From Heterodontus francisci (lineage: Eukaryota): a stretch of 64,000 bases of DNA. Below are positions 26,417 through 40,409 of the stretch, piece by piece (the first letter of the stretch is position 1; each line of letters opens with the position of its first letter). The stretch covers positions 61,948,868 to 62,012,867 of the forward strand of contig NC_090401.1 of the NCBI RefSeq assembly GCF_036365525.1, read 5' to 3'. The translations under genes and the position numbers were made by a program. Below the pieces are notes generated by a model. The model saw only the letters and a program-made list of their open reading frames with translations, made no database searches and was not told where the DNA came from.

Positions 26417-28189
26417 CTGTGCAGAAATGGAAAAATGTCATTCAGAACCATGACACACAGAAATTAAATCTACAATATGGTGTTTCTCGATGGCCAAATA
26501 TATTTATGTGTGGTACTGAACCACACAGACCAGTAGGTCTCAGGTTTGGTATCCAATATATGTGGAGTTCAAGCTGCTGATTGTTATCAAAATAACTATT
26601 TCTGGAAAGTTAGGTGAATTCAGGTTAAGGTTCAACTCTGATGCTCTGCTTAGTCAAAACTGTCTGCTAAAACTCACTGTCAAACTTACAGGTGAAGAGT
26701 GACCGCTTGGATAAAGTACCAATATTGGTAGGATGGTAGTGTTTGCTGCACTCCTTATTCCGCTTATTGTCTATTCTGGCTCTGCCTCATTGAAACAATG
26801 CATGTTGAGAGTTTAACCAGGCAGCATCAATACTGAGACCAATATGCTTTTTCTTTTGCATATTGCTGCTGCTTCCTGCCACTCCCCATAATACTTTATT
26901 GCTCCAAATCAAAATTGTTTCTCTTCCCTTAAAACACTGCTCAGCCAGGCAGTTCTTGGCCAGTCCCTTTAAGCTGTTGCAGTAAGAGCAACACTGCAGC
27001 AATACAGGTACAGTGACAGAATCCCAGTAGAGAGCAGAGATATCACTGGAAGCCTGCCCGGCATCCATAATGGCCCCAACATAGGAAAAGGGAGTGTGGA
27101 CATGAATGGGTCAGATTACTGAGTGGAAGCCTGGTCCAAACCCACTTGTGGTAAATTTTCTCCCCTTGAGACAAATTAATACCATCTCCCCAATAACCCC
27201 ACCACCGCCACGTCTCATCAGAAGCAATCACTTACGATTTTTAGTGAAAACACAATAAAATGTTCATCCAATCGGCAGCTGGCGCCACAACATCAAATAC
27301 TGCTGCCTTTGGGGCTACAATAGATATGTTTTTGAGGTCTGGAGTATTTCTTGCAGAAGTATTTTCATGACATATAAAAGGTATATTTTCCAATTGTCTT
27401 TGCTGTTCTGATGGCACAGAACAAGTAGAAATTGTCTGGAACTAATGTGCTGCACATATGCTCTAGGATAGGAGTACATGTAAGTGGACAATGCTCTCCT
27501 CAAAATAGGTGAGAGCTTCATTGCAATATTGAAATCATTCTTGATATGCAGATATGTTCTTGTACAATTGCCCATGTCAAGAAAAAACATATGCCAAATA
27601 AGGAATATTAATCAGTTGGAAACTTACATTAAACTTTTAATGGAAAAAATCCTGCAATTAACTTTTAAAAAACTGACAGCCAAGATGGCCAGCACAATTT
27701 TCATCTGAAACACCTTTTCACAGTCCAAGGCTTCAACTGGAGACAGAGGTCTGAGGAGCATGGACCCAGAACAATGGCTTGCTCTAAGTGCTTGAATTAC
27801 CTAAGTTTGCTTCATTAGCACAGCATTCAAGGCAATCCTAACACCTTGACTTTGAAAGAACAAACCCCTCCAAGTGTAAATATTGGCATCCTGGGGCCTG
27901 GGGAGCCAATTGCAAACCTTGAATTTCATTAGAAGGTTCCAGAGAATACACTGAGGCAGTCATATGACTGTCTGTCCATCTCTGTGAAAGCTGGGAATTT
28001 CCTTGAACAAAGGAAATCAAGCCAGTAACTCAGACTGTGCAGCAGCAGGAAGGCTGTGTGCCCCCCTCTCTCTTTCTCTCTCTCTCTCCAGATAACACAA
28101 GTCTGAAAACTGTCTACGACTGTGGACCTTGAATGGTGGAGCAGGCTCGAAGGGCCGAATGGCCTACTCCTGCTCCTAGTTTCAAAACA

Positions 28190-28485
28190 TTTATTTATTT
28201 ATTTAGAGATACAGCACTGAAACAGGCCGTTCAGCCTACCGAGTCTGTGCCGACCAACAACCACCCATTTATACTAATCCTACATTAACCCCATATTCTC
28301 TACCACATCCCCACCATTCTCCTACCACCTACCTACACTAGGGGCAATTTACAATAGCCAATTTACCTATTAACCTTCAAGTCTTTGGCTGTGGGAGGAA
28401 ACCGGAGCACCCGACGGAAACCCACACAGTCACAGGGAGAACTTGCAAACTCCGCACAGGCAGTACCCAGAACTGAACCCGGGTC
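28190..28485 (-). mobile_element. V-SINE/HE1-like SINE, 5'-truncated
   Basis: Same family as 5605-5949, with a (TAAA)n tail. It is preceded by a short CR1 3' tail at about 28130-28183. Confidence 0.8.
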
Positions 28486-28754
28486 ATGTTTTTACAAGTT
28501 TTACTTTAAAACAAAACTTTAGACATTTAATATTGATAAAGTTTAATTAATATAGCTGAAAATGGGTTTATCGCAAAAAATCAGCACTTTCAATCAAAAT
28601 GTCATCCACCACCTGTGAGTAACCCAATTTCAAATGACTTTAAAAAAAATATACAAAACCCTTTTCCAGTTAGATTGGGGTGCAATAGCTAGTTCCTTAG
28701 TAAGTTAAAAAAAATTCTAAATCTTTGAATATGTGCCTATTCGTGTCTTTGCAC

Positions 28755-30869
28755 TGTTACGACCAAGTGAGAGGGGTCTAGGGGTTCCCTCTTAGCCTTG
28801 CCTGGTTTAACAGTAACAGGGTTTAATTTTATAAAAACACCATGTTTTAGCTCCCCCTTTAGTGAATCCTTGTTCATTGCTTTCCAATTGTAAGGCAAAG
28901 AAATCAATTCAGTCAGCTTTTCTTAGATTTTAAACAAGAAAGGTAGAAGTTTATTAGTTAATTAGACAGCATGGCTTTGTCAGAGGGAGGTCATGCCTAA
29001 CAAATTTGATTGAATTTTTTGAGCATGTGACTAGGTGTGTAGATGAGCGTAGTGCAGTTGATGTAGTTTACATGGATTTCAGCAAAGCCTTTGACAGGGT
29101 CCCACATGGGAGACTTATCAAGAAAGCAAATGCACATGGGATACAAGGTAACTTGATAAGGTGGATTCAAAATTGTCTTAGCTGTAGGAGACAGAGAGTG
29201 ATGACAGACGGCTGTTTTAGTGACTGGAAGCCAGTGTCCAGTGGTGTACCACAGGGATCTGTGCTGGGTCCCCTATTGTTTGTCATTTATATAAACGACA
29301 TAGATGACTATGTGGGGGGTAGGATCAGTAAGTTTGCGGATGACACAAAGATTGGCCGAGTGGTTAACAGTGAGGTGGAGTGTCTTAGGTTACAGGAAGA
29401 TATAGACAGGATGGTCAAATGGACAGAAAAGTGGCAGTTGGAATTTAACGCTGAAAAGTGTGAGGTGATACACTTTGGAAGGAGTAATGTGACACGGATG
29501 TATTCAATGAACGGCTTGACACTGGGAAGTTCCGAGGAACAAAGGGACCTTGGCGTGTTTATCCATAGATCTCTGAAGGCAGAAGGGCAGGTTAATAGGG
29601 TGGTGAAAAAGGCATAAATTGCCTTTATCAATCGAGGCATAGATTACAAAAGCAGGGAGGTCATGTTGGAGTTGTACAGAACTTTGGTAAGGCCACAGCT
29701 GGAGTACTGTGTGCAATTCTGGTCGCCACATTATAGGAAGGATGTGATTGCACTGGAGGGGATGCAGAGGCGATTCACCAGGATGTTGCCTGGGATGGAA
29801 CATTTAAGCTATGAAGAGAGGTTGGATAGGCTTGGGTTGTTTTCGCTGGAGCAGAGAAGACTGAGGGGTGACCTGATTGAGGTGTACAAGATTTTGAGGG
29901 GCATGGACAGGGTGGGTAGGGAGCAACTGTTCCCCTTAGCTGAAGGGTCAGTTACGAGGGGTCACAAGTTTAAGGTGAGAGGCGGGAGGTTTAAGGGGGA
30001 TTTGAGGAAGAACATTTTTACCCAGAGGATGTTGATGGTCTGGAATGCCCTGCCTGGGAGGGTGGTAGAGGCAGGTTGCCTCACATCCTTTAAAAAGTAC
30101 CTGGATGAGCACTTGGCACGTCATAACATTCAAGGCTATGGGCCAAGTGCTGGCAAATGGGATTAGGTAGACAGGTCAGGTATTTTAATGTATCAGTGCA
30201 AACTCGATGGGCCGAAGGGCCTCTTCTGCACTGTATTATTCTGTGGTTCTGTGAATCTTAAACTCTAATCTGGTTACCAACTACGAATATGCGACGCGAC
30301 CACGCTGGCATGCATACGCGATAAACACACAGGCAGATAGAGACAGAAAAGGTAGAAGGAATAAAGATGAAAAATTTGAGGCAATATCTGGTTTCGCCTT
30401 GTTTCAACGTTGGAGTCTTTTCTCTCTGGAAGCTTGCATGTCTTCTGTGGGCCTGGTGGCTTGGGAGAAAGTGAGAGAGGCTTCCTTGTTCCAGCTTTAG
30501 TTTCAAACTGCCTTCTGAATTCAAACAATCCTGTGGCTAGTTCAAAAAACCTGGACCGGCCAGTTAGTCATGTGACCAGCTGGTATAACCAGTCCTGGGT
30601 CTGTGGATTGTATCTTCTTAGCAGGGCTTGGAATGCACTTCCTTACACCTTCCCAATATCTGGTGATCAAAATCCATTTGGATTAATTGGAGCAGGGAAT
30701 AGTCCTTTGTCTCTACAAGCAGCATCTCTTAGTATGCAAATGTCCTTCCAGCCCTGTGTCTGGTGATCTTCAAACAAATCATTTCTTCATTCCAGCAACA
30801 GTTTAAAATCAATGTTCATATGACAAAATTAATATGCCTCATTCTTGGCAGGTGGGGGTCTGCATGACA
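28755..30869 (-). mobile_element. Solo LTR (Gypsy-like) with nested CR1
   Basis: TG...CA termini (TGTTACG...CATGACA) with a 4-bp TSD GCAC at 28751-28754 and 30870-30873. AATAAA on the minus strand at about 28950. Confidence 0.7.
28960..30254 (+). mobile_element. HER/CR1 LINE 3' portion nested in solo LTR
   Basis: ORFs 29006-29617 and 29663-30166 (DFSKAFD, GVPQGSVLGP, KFADDTK, LEYCVQFWSPH) and a (TTCTGTGG) tail. Confidence 0.88.
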
Positions 30870-31330
30870 GCACCCAAAAGTTCCAGCTTAATTTTTGAAG
30901 CCTCGTCAAACACCTGGGAATGAGCATAATTAGTGGAAACTCCTCATGGTGATTAATTCACCCTGGGACCAGTTTTGTGGGCAGGGCCTGCTTTTAGCAC
31001 AATGTTTTTAAACTAGTGCAGATCACAGAGATCACGGAAACTCAAATTGCGCTGAACATAAAATTTACTTTTAAAGTTCCGTGATCTTTTGTTCCGGGTA
31101 CATCGATGTCAGGGAATTGCGATGAAAAACCCAGCCCAGCCAAGTGGAAATTCCAGTCCAATGGGCTTTTCTGTTATGACAATCCAAACTGAAGAAGTTT
31201 ACTCTAGCTCTTTCTGCATTACTGTAATGAATTTTACAAAAATCACATGTTTGCAGTACAAAGGTTGTGAGGCACAGTCAAAAGTTATGCAGGGATGGGC
31301 TGATAAGTGCCCCATCTCAACAAAATTTAA

Positions 31331-34300
31331 TCAGTGATGCGGGTGGATGTGCCTGTGCTGCCGCTTGCTATGGATGGAGTAGGTAACAGTGAGTGTTGTG
31401 ACATGCTGGCTTTGGGCTGCCTTTTTCTTCAGATACCTATAGAAAGAGAAGAGCAGTGAATTACAGTGCTGGCTAAGAAACAAAGCTGATGTAGCCAATA
31501 TCGAGTCACAATGCTTTACTGCAATGCATGTGTGCGTGTGTTGGGGGAGAACGATACTTCCCTGATCTTGGAGTTTTCCAGCTTCCCATGGCCCACATCA
31601 TCTACATCTAGTGCAGCAAACTCGTACTGTGTGAGGGAACTGAACAGTAAGAGTACTCCTCTGCTTCAGCTCTGCTCTCTTTTATTATGAGCAGCTTTGT
31701 CCTGCAAACAGAAGTAATGAAATGCTGGAAGAGTATACAGACTAATGGGAACCTAGAGGTCACCTTTCATTATGTATCGTATGCGTTAGTGACACGTTAA
31801 GCTTGCTTTGTGGGGGCACCTCTCCAAATATTCATGTAATGCGTTTTAAACACTGGTAATAAAGTATGCCTTGCTGTGGCACAGGAATGCATGCAATGCT
31901 TAGGAAGAACTTCTTTCTGAGGGCCTAGCATTCAACTTCACTGTGTTAAAAGGTGAGAGGAAATGGTTATTTGGGTGGATAGTTTGATACAGAGCAATGC
32001 TGGCTAAGGTTTTTGACACATCTGTTTCCAGGTCCTCTTGATGGTGGTGTAAGATTATTAGGTTAACTTAGTTAACCACCTCCTACCAAGCAGCCTAGAC
32101 ATTATTTTAATTTGGGAAAGTAAGCTGGCATGTCGATGAGAACAATAAACCTTTACTGCATTTCTAGCAAGACCTCCAAAAAGCATCAGAAAGTGGAGCA
32201 GACATGCTCCTTGCTCCATCCATGTCTTCAGTTGTGTACAGCAACAATACACATGGGCCCACTTAGCAGGTGCTGCCTTTAAGAGCTGCAGCTATGTACT
32301 ATTTCCTTCATCCCCACCCTCTTTTTGCATTGCCCCAACATCAGGTCCATTCAATATTGCAAGCTCTATGTGAATATTTAAAGCTGATTTAATGCTGGGA
32401 TTGGGACCGATAATTTCATCCTATCGTATATATAGTCCTACCATCATCATAGTTTATGGTCTTCTTAGAACACTTCCTTCCATTCGTTGGACTATGTCTC
32501 TTTTCTATGAGTCGATCCTCACTGGTAAAATGTAGAACATAACTTACACTATTGCTTTATTCATAGCACATATTTATTATTTTATTTATATGAAAATATC
32601 TATTTAAATATCACTAATCCATAATATTTCAAATAATGTTGGTCACTGTGAAAGAGTGCTATGTCATATAATGTACAACGTATTATCAGGGCCACTGATT
32701 TATACTGACAATGTGAAATTCTGCTTCCATTAACCGATATTTGCAACTCTTTATGTCTTTATTATAGTTACAAACTCATTTTCAGCTTAGATAAGAATCT
32801 AAGAAGGTAGCTGAGAAGACTTTCAAAAAATATGTTGATCAAATGTTGAATGCCTCACCTTCTTTACTGATTGATCTTGCTGACTGACAATTTTTAATTC
32901 ATAGCTTTTCGAATTTCATGATTGTTGGCTTTCACTCCTACTTGCTACTTGTTAATTGGTGTGTTTTCCTCCAGTTCATGGTGATTTGTTGATTTTTTAT
33001 TAATTAAAAAAATTGAGACAATCAGGTGTAAATATGACAAAAATTTGTGAGTAAAAATGTGCACTGTGGATTCAGGTGAATGTATACACTTGCAATATTT
33101 AAATATGGATGAGAAGAAAACATTAAAGCCTCCTCTCCCAATTTATCTTTCTTCTATCTATGATACTGGTAACACACATCTCTTGAGGATGATACTAGTT
33201 AACCTCATCTGAAATAGCTCTGGGAGAACCCATTGAAATTAAAAGGAGCACCACTGGTTATTGAAGAATCCTATCTACATGAATGAACTAACAAAAGGTT
33301 CTGAAGACAGACTGACTCACAGCCCAAATCAAAATGAATAGAGTGAAGCAGAACAATTATAACAGAAAGATCCCCATTTAGACATCAATAGATAGCCATG
33401 GTTTCCATATCCTGGACCATTCTGTGGTCACACCAAGAGAGAAAGCCATGTGTCACCTAACAGAAACTCAAATATGACGGATTTTGACCTTAAAAGCTAA
33501 CCCTCCAGAGAGAGAGAGAGAGAGAGAGGATAAATCAAGACAAGACCACAGGAAGCCCATTTCAAGCCACAGGCTGTGAGAGACATCCAGCTAAACAGAA
33601 GAACCCTGCTGAACAAGAACTGAACAACACTACAGCAGAGAAATTACCAAGTGACTTTGAGACTCTCCATCTGTGAAGGTAAACCAAATTCACACCAACA
33701 ACTTTGGACTGAGTTTAACCACCAAAACTCCATAACACCTCAGCAAATTCGGAACTGCAAATATCCAGGCCTGCACTTTAAAAAAAAAAGCTTTCCTCCC
33801 AGGAAGACTCAACAGTATTCTGTAAACCATGAGCTCTTATATCATCTTGGACTTTAATTGCATCCTACCCTTTTCTCTCCATCTATTCTTGTGCCTGCAT
33901 GTATGTGTAAATGCGTGGGTGAGTGAAGGTTGCGACCATTTTGGGAGTTGTTTAAAAATAGTTATCTTCTTTATAACCTACGAGAAAACCTGTCATTTGT
34001 CTGTTTATTTGACCCTAAAAAAACTCAGGGACTAACACATGATTTTTAACAAAACACGATTGCGTTTAGTTGTGAGGTAAAAAGTGGAAGCTACCCACAC
34101 CACTTACCACCTGCCTGTAACACAGTGTAAGGTTTTCTATTTCTCATATCAGCGTCTGCAACATTTTTCTATGAGAAATATCCAATTTGATAATATGTGC
34201 CATATTATAGTGTGGGTCCATGCCCAGTAGGTTAAGATTATCCAAATGAAATTCACATTGGTCTCTATCAGCTGGCAATAAGAGAAGACAAGCATCCTCT

Positions 34301-36478
34301 GTCTAAAATGGTTTTGAACCCAAGCCCCAGTCCTGGAAGAACATTGTGCCACTTAATCTGTCCAACTGATCTTGTCTGAAAATTATTTTCCCATATGGAA
34401 GATAACTGTGGCCCTTTATTGAGCTGCTGTTTTTGTTTTAATTTTTACAATACCTAAAGATGACTTCATTAAAGAAAATCTGCGAAGAAAGAAGTTAATT
34501 TCAGAAGTTTCTGGAAATGTTGAGTTGTTGCCCAGAAAAAATTAATTCGAAATTTGATTGGTTAAGTAAGCATGCCCCTTTTCTTACAAAAAATCCTTCT
34601 GCTGCTTCTCATGTAATTATGAAATACCTGCAGGACTTAATTGCTGGAGTTTGTTCACTATTTCCCTGGTAATTTCTCTTTAAATGCTGATTGCTCCCTT
34701 TACAGTTGCTGCATTCAATGCATTTCTGTAGAAAGAGATGGTAAGTAATAAACATTAACATTGTTTTGCTGCCTGCTATGATGTAAACAGCATTGTACAG
34801 GTTGGAAACAAGCTAAGCAGACAATGAAACTAGTTCTTCAAAGTATGTTTTATAGTAACTATATTGAACTGTTTGAAGAATTGAATCAAAATTTGGTCTT
34901 AGGCTAACAAAATATTAGTTGAGCTAGTGAATGTCAAAAGTAGCAAAGCTTATTGATCACTTATTTTGTCCTGTTGAGATCCTGACTTTTTTTTAAAAAC
35001 AAGCACAGAACCTTTGTCAGGTAAGAACAGGGCTTGCTACTTTTCAATGTTTCATAGGTATGCATAGCTGCTGAAGTGCAAATATTCCATTTGAGTTTAG
35101 TCTGTTGGCTAAATGCATTTTGTAGTTCAAGCAGGAGAGAAAGGATTATTATTTAAATGGGGCACAAATCTCCAAAAATTAATAACTACATAAATCTAGA
35201 CACTAATTTGGCAACTAGATAAGACTTCCACCTACCATGATCCAAACCATTTCCCTGGGTTAAGCGTCATTGAATATGAATGGCAGGTTTGCAGTTTGAA
35301 GGCCAAGCCCACCAGTGCCCAGCCACAAAATTCCAGTAGTTCTGCAGCAGGAATTTAAAAGGGTAGAAAGGTCTCGCAGTTTAAGGGAGCTGAAGCCTTG
35401 GAGGCCTGAGCAAAGATTGAGATTTATGTAGGTAACTGATTGGGGGCCTCTACCATGGTAGAGGCAACTTCTACTGGCACTCTCCCTCGAGGCTGCTATC
35501 ACTCTACCTCCGTCCCACCTTGACAATCATGGGAAGCACAGTACCTGCGGCAAATGGGAGGGGAATGGCCTTGGGTCCTGGGCCTCCACCAACATTTGAA
35601 TCAGGCCATCAAGAAAGCAATGGCTAGTGGTGATCCCAGCTGGGTGGGGGAGAGAAACAGAAATCAGTGCAGTGAGGCAGTAATCAGTGGCACGGGTCAA
35701 TTTTGGCTCATTCACCTCTGCTACCTCACCCCATTTTTGATGGAATGAGAGGAAAATCCATCCGTCTTTGTGTTTGCGTATACATAGAGTCACGTATATA
35801 GGGTAAATATGATTGGTAGTTATGGATTTGACTTCAAAAAACTATCCTCTGTTTTTCCTATGCCATGTTCTGCTGCTGAGATGTTATGAAGACAACATCT
35901 GAGTATAACAGATTTCCATAAAAACAAAGATTTTAGAAAAAGAGAGATAAAACTTTCTGTATCAGATATCATTATGGCCACAGAAGCTAATGCTTGCTTA
36001 TTTAGAGGCTTATTAAACACTAAGATTTATGGCTATTCTGAATTTCCAGAATTATTGTTGGTTAAACTTTGTTATGTAAGCAAAGGAGTGGAAATAAAAA
36101 CACAAAATAGTTGATAAAACCCACAGCCTGTACAAAAACGGGATAGAATAATGAATTATTTACATTAGTTGGCTGGAACCACTCCAGGCAACACTGTTGA
36201 TTTCTTGCATAAAACCTAACACCACATAAAGGTTCAAAATTATCTCTTGCAATGAAAAACCTAGAAAATGTTATTATTCTGCATATTTTGTAAATCAAAC
36301 TCTATAATATTGTTTTTGTATCACTTACTTCACGTGTGTACTTTTTATTCTGGTCAATAGCTTTCCTCACTTTTGTACGAACTGAAGGTACTTCACAATC
36401 CTTGGGAAGGGTTTTGATCTCTGTATGTAATGCCACTGGCTCAGGTTGAGGCTCAGAATCTACAGAAACCTCAGACAT
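31331..36478 (-). CDS. Putative 117-aa orphan protein; coding exons 36329-36478, 34628-34725, 31331-31436
   Basis: Three GT-AG exons with good polypyrimidine acceptors and matching phases (0, then 2): MSEVSVDSEPQPEPVALHTEIKTLPKDCEVPSVRTKVRKAIDQNKKYTRE|KCIECSNCKGSNQHLKRNYQGNSEQTPAIKSCR|YLKKKAAQSQHVTTLTVTYSIHSKRQHRHIHPHH*. A probable non-coding first exon ends at CAG|GTAAGT at about 38946. Confidence 0.45.
33045..34121 (+). mobile_element. Possible degraded solo LTR
   Basis: Ends ...CCACCTGCCTGTAACA, resembling the terminus of the 28755 LTR, and has an internal (GA)n at 33507-33529. The left end and TSD are not clearly seen. Confidence 0.35.
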
Positions 36479-36914
36479 GCTTTTAAAAAACCTGTAGGGA
36501 AGATGTATTTTTCTGAGGCTGTAATCCCATTTCAATATTCAGATCATAAATTGTTTTAGCCTTAGTCCCTTTTTCCATGATGTAATTTGAAACCTCAATG
36601 TGTTTATAGCCTTGTAAACTCTTCAATTATCCAATATTCCTTATATAATTCAACACAATTTCATTTACACTATATTAAAGATAAGTCTGTATTGCATGCA
36701 TATCATTTAAAAAGATATACTTTATTTCCCAGTAATTAAGTGGAACATCACATCACTACAGGACACCATTAGTCCATCAATGGGGATGCCATCACATATT
36801 AACAACACAGAACATTCAGTTTATCATTATCTGCAAAGACATCTATAATTGGGGGGAGGGGATGGAGAATGGGTCAAGCATATAATAACACCTTTCATTA
36901 AATTCAACAGTATT

Positions 36915-37212
36915 CATTGGGTATTGCTGAAAATAGAGACATTTTATCGAAGCTTTTTGTCTTGCACTCATCAGGACAATTCGCAAGAATACCAATGTAA
37001 AGGAAGCAACAAATTTATATTGTATGAGAAGAGAGTGCTGATTGGTTGGCAAGTGGATTCTGATAGGTAGAGGCGTTGCCATGGAGAATGCGCCAGTTTA
37101 TGGTGACAGATAGTTAACTGCCAAGCTTGTTTTCAATTTAAACCTGGCCGCTTGACTCTGATTGAATAGAAACGTTTGAATTCGCTGGTTCATTCCTCAG
37201 GGCAATGCCTTG
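36915..37212 (-). mobile_element. Penelope-like terminal-repeat fragment with decayed minimal hammerhead ribozyme
   Basis: Minus strand reads TGTC CTGATGA GT-GCAAG-AC (A)AAA AGCT TC GATA at 36945-36978. Confidence 0.55.
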
Positions 37213-38049
37213 ACTTAAGTTCTGTACTACCAAATGACTATTCGTATTGATTGTAGTAATAACATATATGTTGTGGGTGGGGGGGGGGGGGGGTGAAATT
37301 AATCAACATTCCCAATTCCCATTCTTAACTGTTATCTAATGATCCATGCTGTACATGTGTTTGTATGTGAGGTGAGGACAGAACGAGGTGTGGTTGCGAT
37401 GCTTTGTATGATTCAACAGTCTGCTAAAACTCCCTGACTACAATGGCTACTTGGATGAAATACCAGAGGGTTACTGACACCTTTGGAACCATATTCCTGA
37501 ATAAAATGTCAGGAGAAGGGAAGTGCCCTCTCAAATTTGTCAAAAGCCTTTTAACTATTAAAAGTTCTGTCAACAAAATAGACTTCGTTGGTGCAATTTA
37601 AAGAGGAAGAGGAAATTACTTGATGTACTCAACTCGGACCCATTACACATACAGTATCTCAAAGGTGAACTCTCTACCATGCCAGAAAATATGACAGTTT
37701 AATAAGACGACCAATGCATGCTTTTCACACATGGCAAAATGTACCAGCTGACTGGATAGCTCAACTGGCTGATGCCCAGTTCAATGATGGTGAGTTAAAG
37801 GCATATGGCTGGCTTGCACTCAAACTTGTTCACTGCAATTTGTTGAACTTTGCCACTTTTCAGTCAGTCCACCTTATTAGCTGGGAGTAGAGAAGTAGCT
37901 CTGCTGGGATCATGTGTACTGCTGGCTTAACATACAGTATCATTAGTGATTGGGTGAGCTTTGCAGTCCAGACCATTGCCTTTTCGAAGATGGAAAGCAC
38001 TTTAGTGTGAGCAGCCTGCAAGGGGAGAAAACTATAATTGTTATGGTAT

Positions 38050-38510
38050 CCCGTTCACCCATCACTCCTGTGCTCGCTGACCTACATTGGCTCCCAGTTA
38101 AGCAATGCCTTGATTTTAAAATTCTCATCCTTGTTTGCAAATCCCTCCATGGCCTGAGCCCTCCCTATTTCTGTAATCTCGTCCAGCCCCACAACCCTCT
38201 GAAATATTTGCATTTCTTCAATTCAGTTCTCTTAAGCATTCCCGATTTTAATCGGTTCACCATTGGCGGCCGTGCCTTCAGCAGACAAAGCTTTAACTCT
38301 GGAACTTCCTCACTAAACCTCTCCTTTCTACCTCTCTTTCCCCTGTTAACATGCTCCTTAAACCTTCCTCTTTGACCAAGCTTTTGGTCAGCTGCCCAAT
38401 GTCTCTCTATGAGGCTCGGTGCCAAATTTTGTTTAATAACGCTCCTGTGAAATGCCTTGAAAGTTTTACTACATTAAAGATTCTATATAAATACAAGTTA
38501 TTGTTTTGTT
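38050..38510 (+). mobile_element. L2-type LINE 3' fragment
   Basis: SPITPVLADLHWLPVKQCLDFKILILV... followed by a GTT tail. Confidence 0.75.
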
Positions 38511-39664
38511 GCGTGTCTTTAAGGTCTTCCTTGAATAAACAAAAATAAACATGAAATAAAAATTTCAGACTTCAAGTCATTTTAATCTACGAGGTCATAT
38601 TTCGCACAGAAAATACAACTTAAAAAGTGCAAACTGGAAATATTCATAACATATAAAGTATTTATAAGGAGTTACATATTACACAGAATGCACAGCACAG
38701 AAACAGGTCATTCGTCCCAACTGGTCAATGCTACTACTTTCGCTCTACACGGGCCTCCTCCTCCCATCTACTTTCATCTCACCCTATCACCATAATCTTC
38801 TGTTCCTTTCTCCTTCATGTCCTTATTCAGTTTCCTCTTAAATGCATCGTGCCATTCACCTCAACCACTCCATATAGGGTTCCACATTCTTACCATTCTT
38901 TGGGGAAAGAAGTTTCTTACTCTTTTTCATATTTATTAAACTTACCTGCTGCACAGTGTAAATGCTAAATTATTAAGTGAAAAAATGATTGACTTATTAG
39001 AGCTGGATAGACCACACAAGTTTTGAAACAGACAGAGCACCAATCGGACAGAAACGTTCAGATATCGAACGAGCATCAAAGATTCTAAAATGACAAATAT
39101 AATTGGTTCTCAGCGATCACCTTAGTAACAGAGATTCTTAACTAGACAATTGTGATGTCACAGAGCAACAGATACTTTGACCTTTTATCATTATCATTTA
39201 CTAAGACTGGAATCTACTGACACTGTACTTCCTTGACTTGCATCTGCAATGTTCTTGTCCCACAAAATCCGTAACACTAGGCTGTGTTCAATACAGACCC
39301 CGACTTTCCTTCCGCCTCGGCAATTCAAGCAAAGCAAACTCAAAGTGCAGTCCAGTCGACATGACCTGTGGCTGCCTGCAATTGGCATTGGCTCAAAGTT
39401 CCCTAGACCTTAACACAGGCATACAACCAGAATCAGGGCAAAACCCAGTCCCTATGGTCCAAACACAGCAACCAGAAGGCTTCCAAACCAATGTTTCCTG
39501 TAACCATTTTTTAAAAAAAGGTTCCACTTGTCTTTTTCAGCCTCTGTGGCCTTGCTGCCTGCCCCATCAGATCCTCTAACTTAGTGGAAGGAGGTGAACC
39601 AGGTGCAACATTTAATTCCTGCATCTTCTGGCATGTCTTCCTAATGGGTGCACCTGGTATACTT

Positions 39665-39965
39665 TCAAGCAAATGAGGCAGAGGACCCAGATTTAAGGTA
39701 ATTGATAAAAGAACCAGAGGCGACATGAGGAAAACATTTTTTCAACATAAAGTTGTAATCTGGAATGGACTACCTGAAAGGGTGGTGGAAGCAGATTCAA
39801 TACAAGCATTCAAAAGAGAATTGGATAAATATTTGAAGGGAAAAATTTGCAGGACAATGGGGAAAAAGCAAGGAGCGGCATGAAATGAATAGATCTACCA
39901 AACAGCCAGCAAAGGCAAAATGGTGTGAATGGCCTCCTTCTCAATGCTGTATAATTCTATGATTC
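39665..39965 (+). mobile_element. Old CR1 3' fragment
   Basis: Encodes WNGLPERVVEADSI..FKRELDKYL and ends in a GAATGGCCTCCTTCT...TTCTATGATTC tail. Confidence 0.7.
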
Positions 39966-40409
39966 CAGGAACATCAAAATTCAGCAATGGCACTGTTGCA
40001 GACACTCTACACGCCAATATAAACCTTTACCAGTAATACCAAAGTGCAAGTCTACCATTAAGGGATAATTTTCTGACTGTACACTACTGGCACACAAAGA
40101 TTCCAATCACAAAGTCAGAAAATTACATGATTAGAATATTGGTTGTACTTTTAGTTCCACAGAATTTGCCTTTTTCTGTTCAGTCGCTTTTGACATTTCT
40201 AAAATTATTAGATACTTTATACAAAAAGGCCCTGAACATGCTCCCATGATGCAATGCGTCATTCATGTGGTGATTCAAATGGCATTTTTTTTATGCTGGC
40301 ACTGTCCAGCAAAATAGTGGTAATATTTATCTATTAACATAACAAATGTAGAAAGTGCTTCACTGGATTTACTGCCTTTCTTAAAAGAAATGCATTAAAA
40401 AACTGCTTT

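Noticed and set aside
27043-27708. Short ORFs 27043-27231, 27315-27590, 27484-27708
   Set aside because: No recognisable motifs and no phase-consistent splice path; likely chance ORFs.
32857-32960. Extra exon ending at AAG|GTGAG (about 32858)
   Set aside because: All frames have stops shortly upstream and there is no convincing acceptor.
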